Assembly: GCF_009914755.1 (NCBI RefSeq)
Contig: NC_060929.1
DNA length: 64,000 bases
DNA from: the human T2T-CHM13v2.0 reference genome, Homo sapiens
Strand: one strand, 5' to 3'
Shown here: positions 63,613 through 64,000 of the stretch, piece after piece
Position numbering within the stretch: position 1 is the first letter of the stretch
Layout: every line of letters starts with the position of its first letter
Made by a program: the position numbers and the translations under genes
Notes under the pieces: generated by a model
Databases searched by the model: none
What the model saw: only the letters and a program-made list of their open reading frames with translations
Told to the model about the DNA's origin: nothing

Positions 63613-64000
63613 ATCCTCTTAGTGATCAATGTGCATCTCCATCAACATGACATCAGTTTAGTATCCCTGAAATCTAAATACATAAAGCTTTAGGTGATGT
63701 TCAAGTTTAACAGCATAACTGTTACCAAAGTTATATTAATGTTTATATTCACTTTCCCTGTAACGGCCATACTGGATTAAACTCATTGGCTCACAAGGGT
63801 TTATTTTTTAAAAATAAAGAAAAATTTCTAAGAAATTAATTTCTTTTACAGGTTATAAATTTGTATAGCCTATATATTAATAACTAAAACAATAGATCTC
63901 TAAAACTAAGTTAAACTGAGAACTATGCTTCTAGACATCTGATATAATTAATAGTGATATAGGTTCTTGAAAATACTGATTATTCACAGGCAAATATGGA

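Overview
Primate (most likely human) genomic DNA, very rich in Alu elements (about 50 copies). The right half holds the 3' part of SLC38A9, the lysosomal arginine/cholesterol sensor acting on mTORC1, on the minus strand. Seven coding exons (195, 108, 107, 114, 149, 90 and 166 nt) have canonical GT-AG boundaries and splice in frame into the C-terminal 309 aa ending ...[12 protein letters not shown] ~650-nt 3'UTR with AATAAA signals follows. The left half is intergenic. Its main structure is a three-level nest: an AluJ split by a deleted HERV9-family provirus (short LTR12-type LTRs, tRNA-Arg PBS, RNase H and env-TM remnants, GGAC target-site duplication (TSD)), whose leader is in turn split by a 1.68-kb solo LTR12D/E-like LTR (ACTG TSD). 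Other repeats are an Alu-riddled Tigger1, MER41A, MER57, MER39B, MLT1B, Charlie1, a second Tigger-family element, MER58A and L1/L2/MIR fragments. Almost all ORFs in the supplied track are Alu or other repeat artefacts. I found no new gene or system that I can support. The best second-look items are a 122-bp block that is identical between two otherwise diverged proviral LTRs (possible gene conversion), the nested LTR12 promoter architecture, a 38-bp copied segment at a repeat-truncation junction, an orphan poly(A) insertion with a 14-bp TSD, repeated Alu insertion at one target site, and candidate alternative splicing or polyadenylation of SLC38A9. Repeat subfamily names come from recalled consensus sequences and their boundaries are approximate unless a TSD is given.
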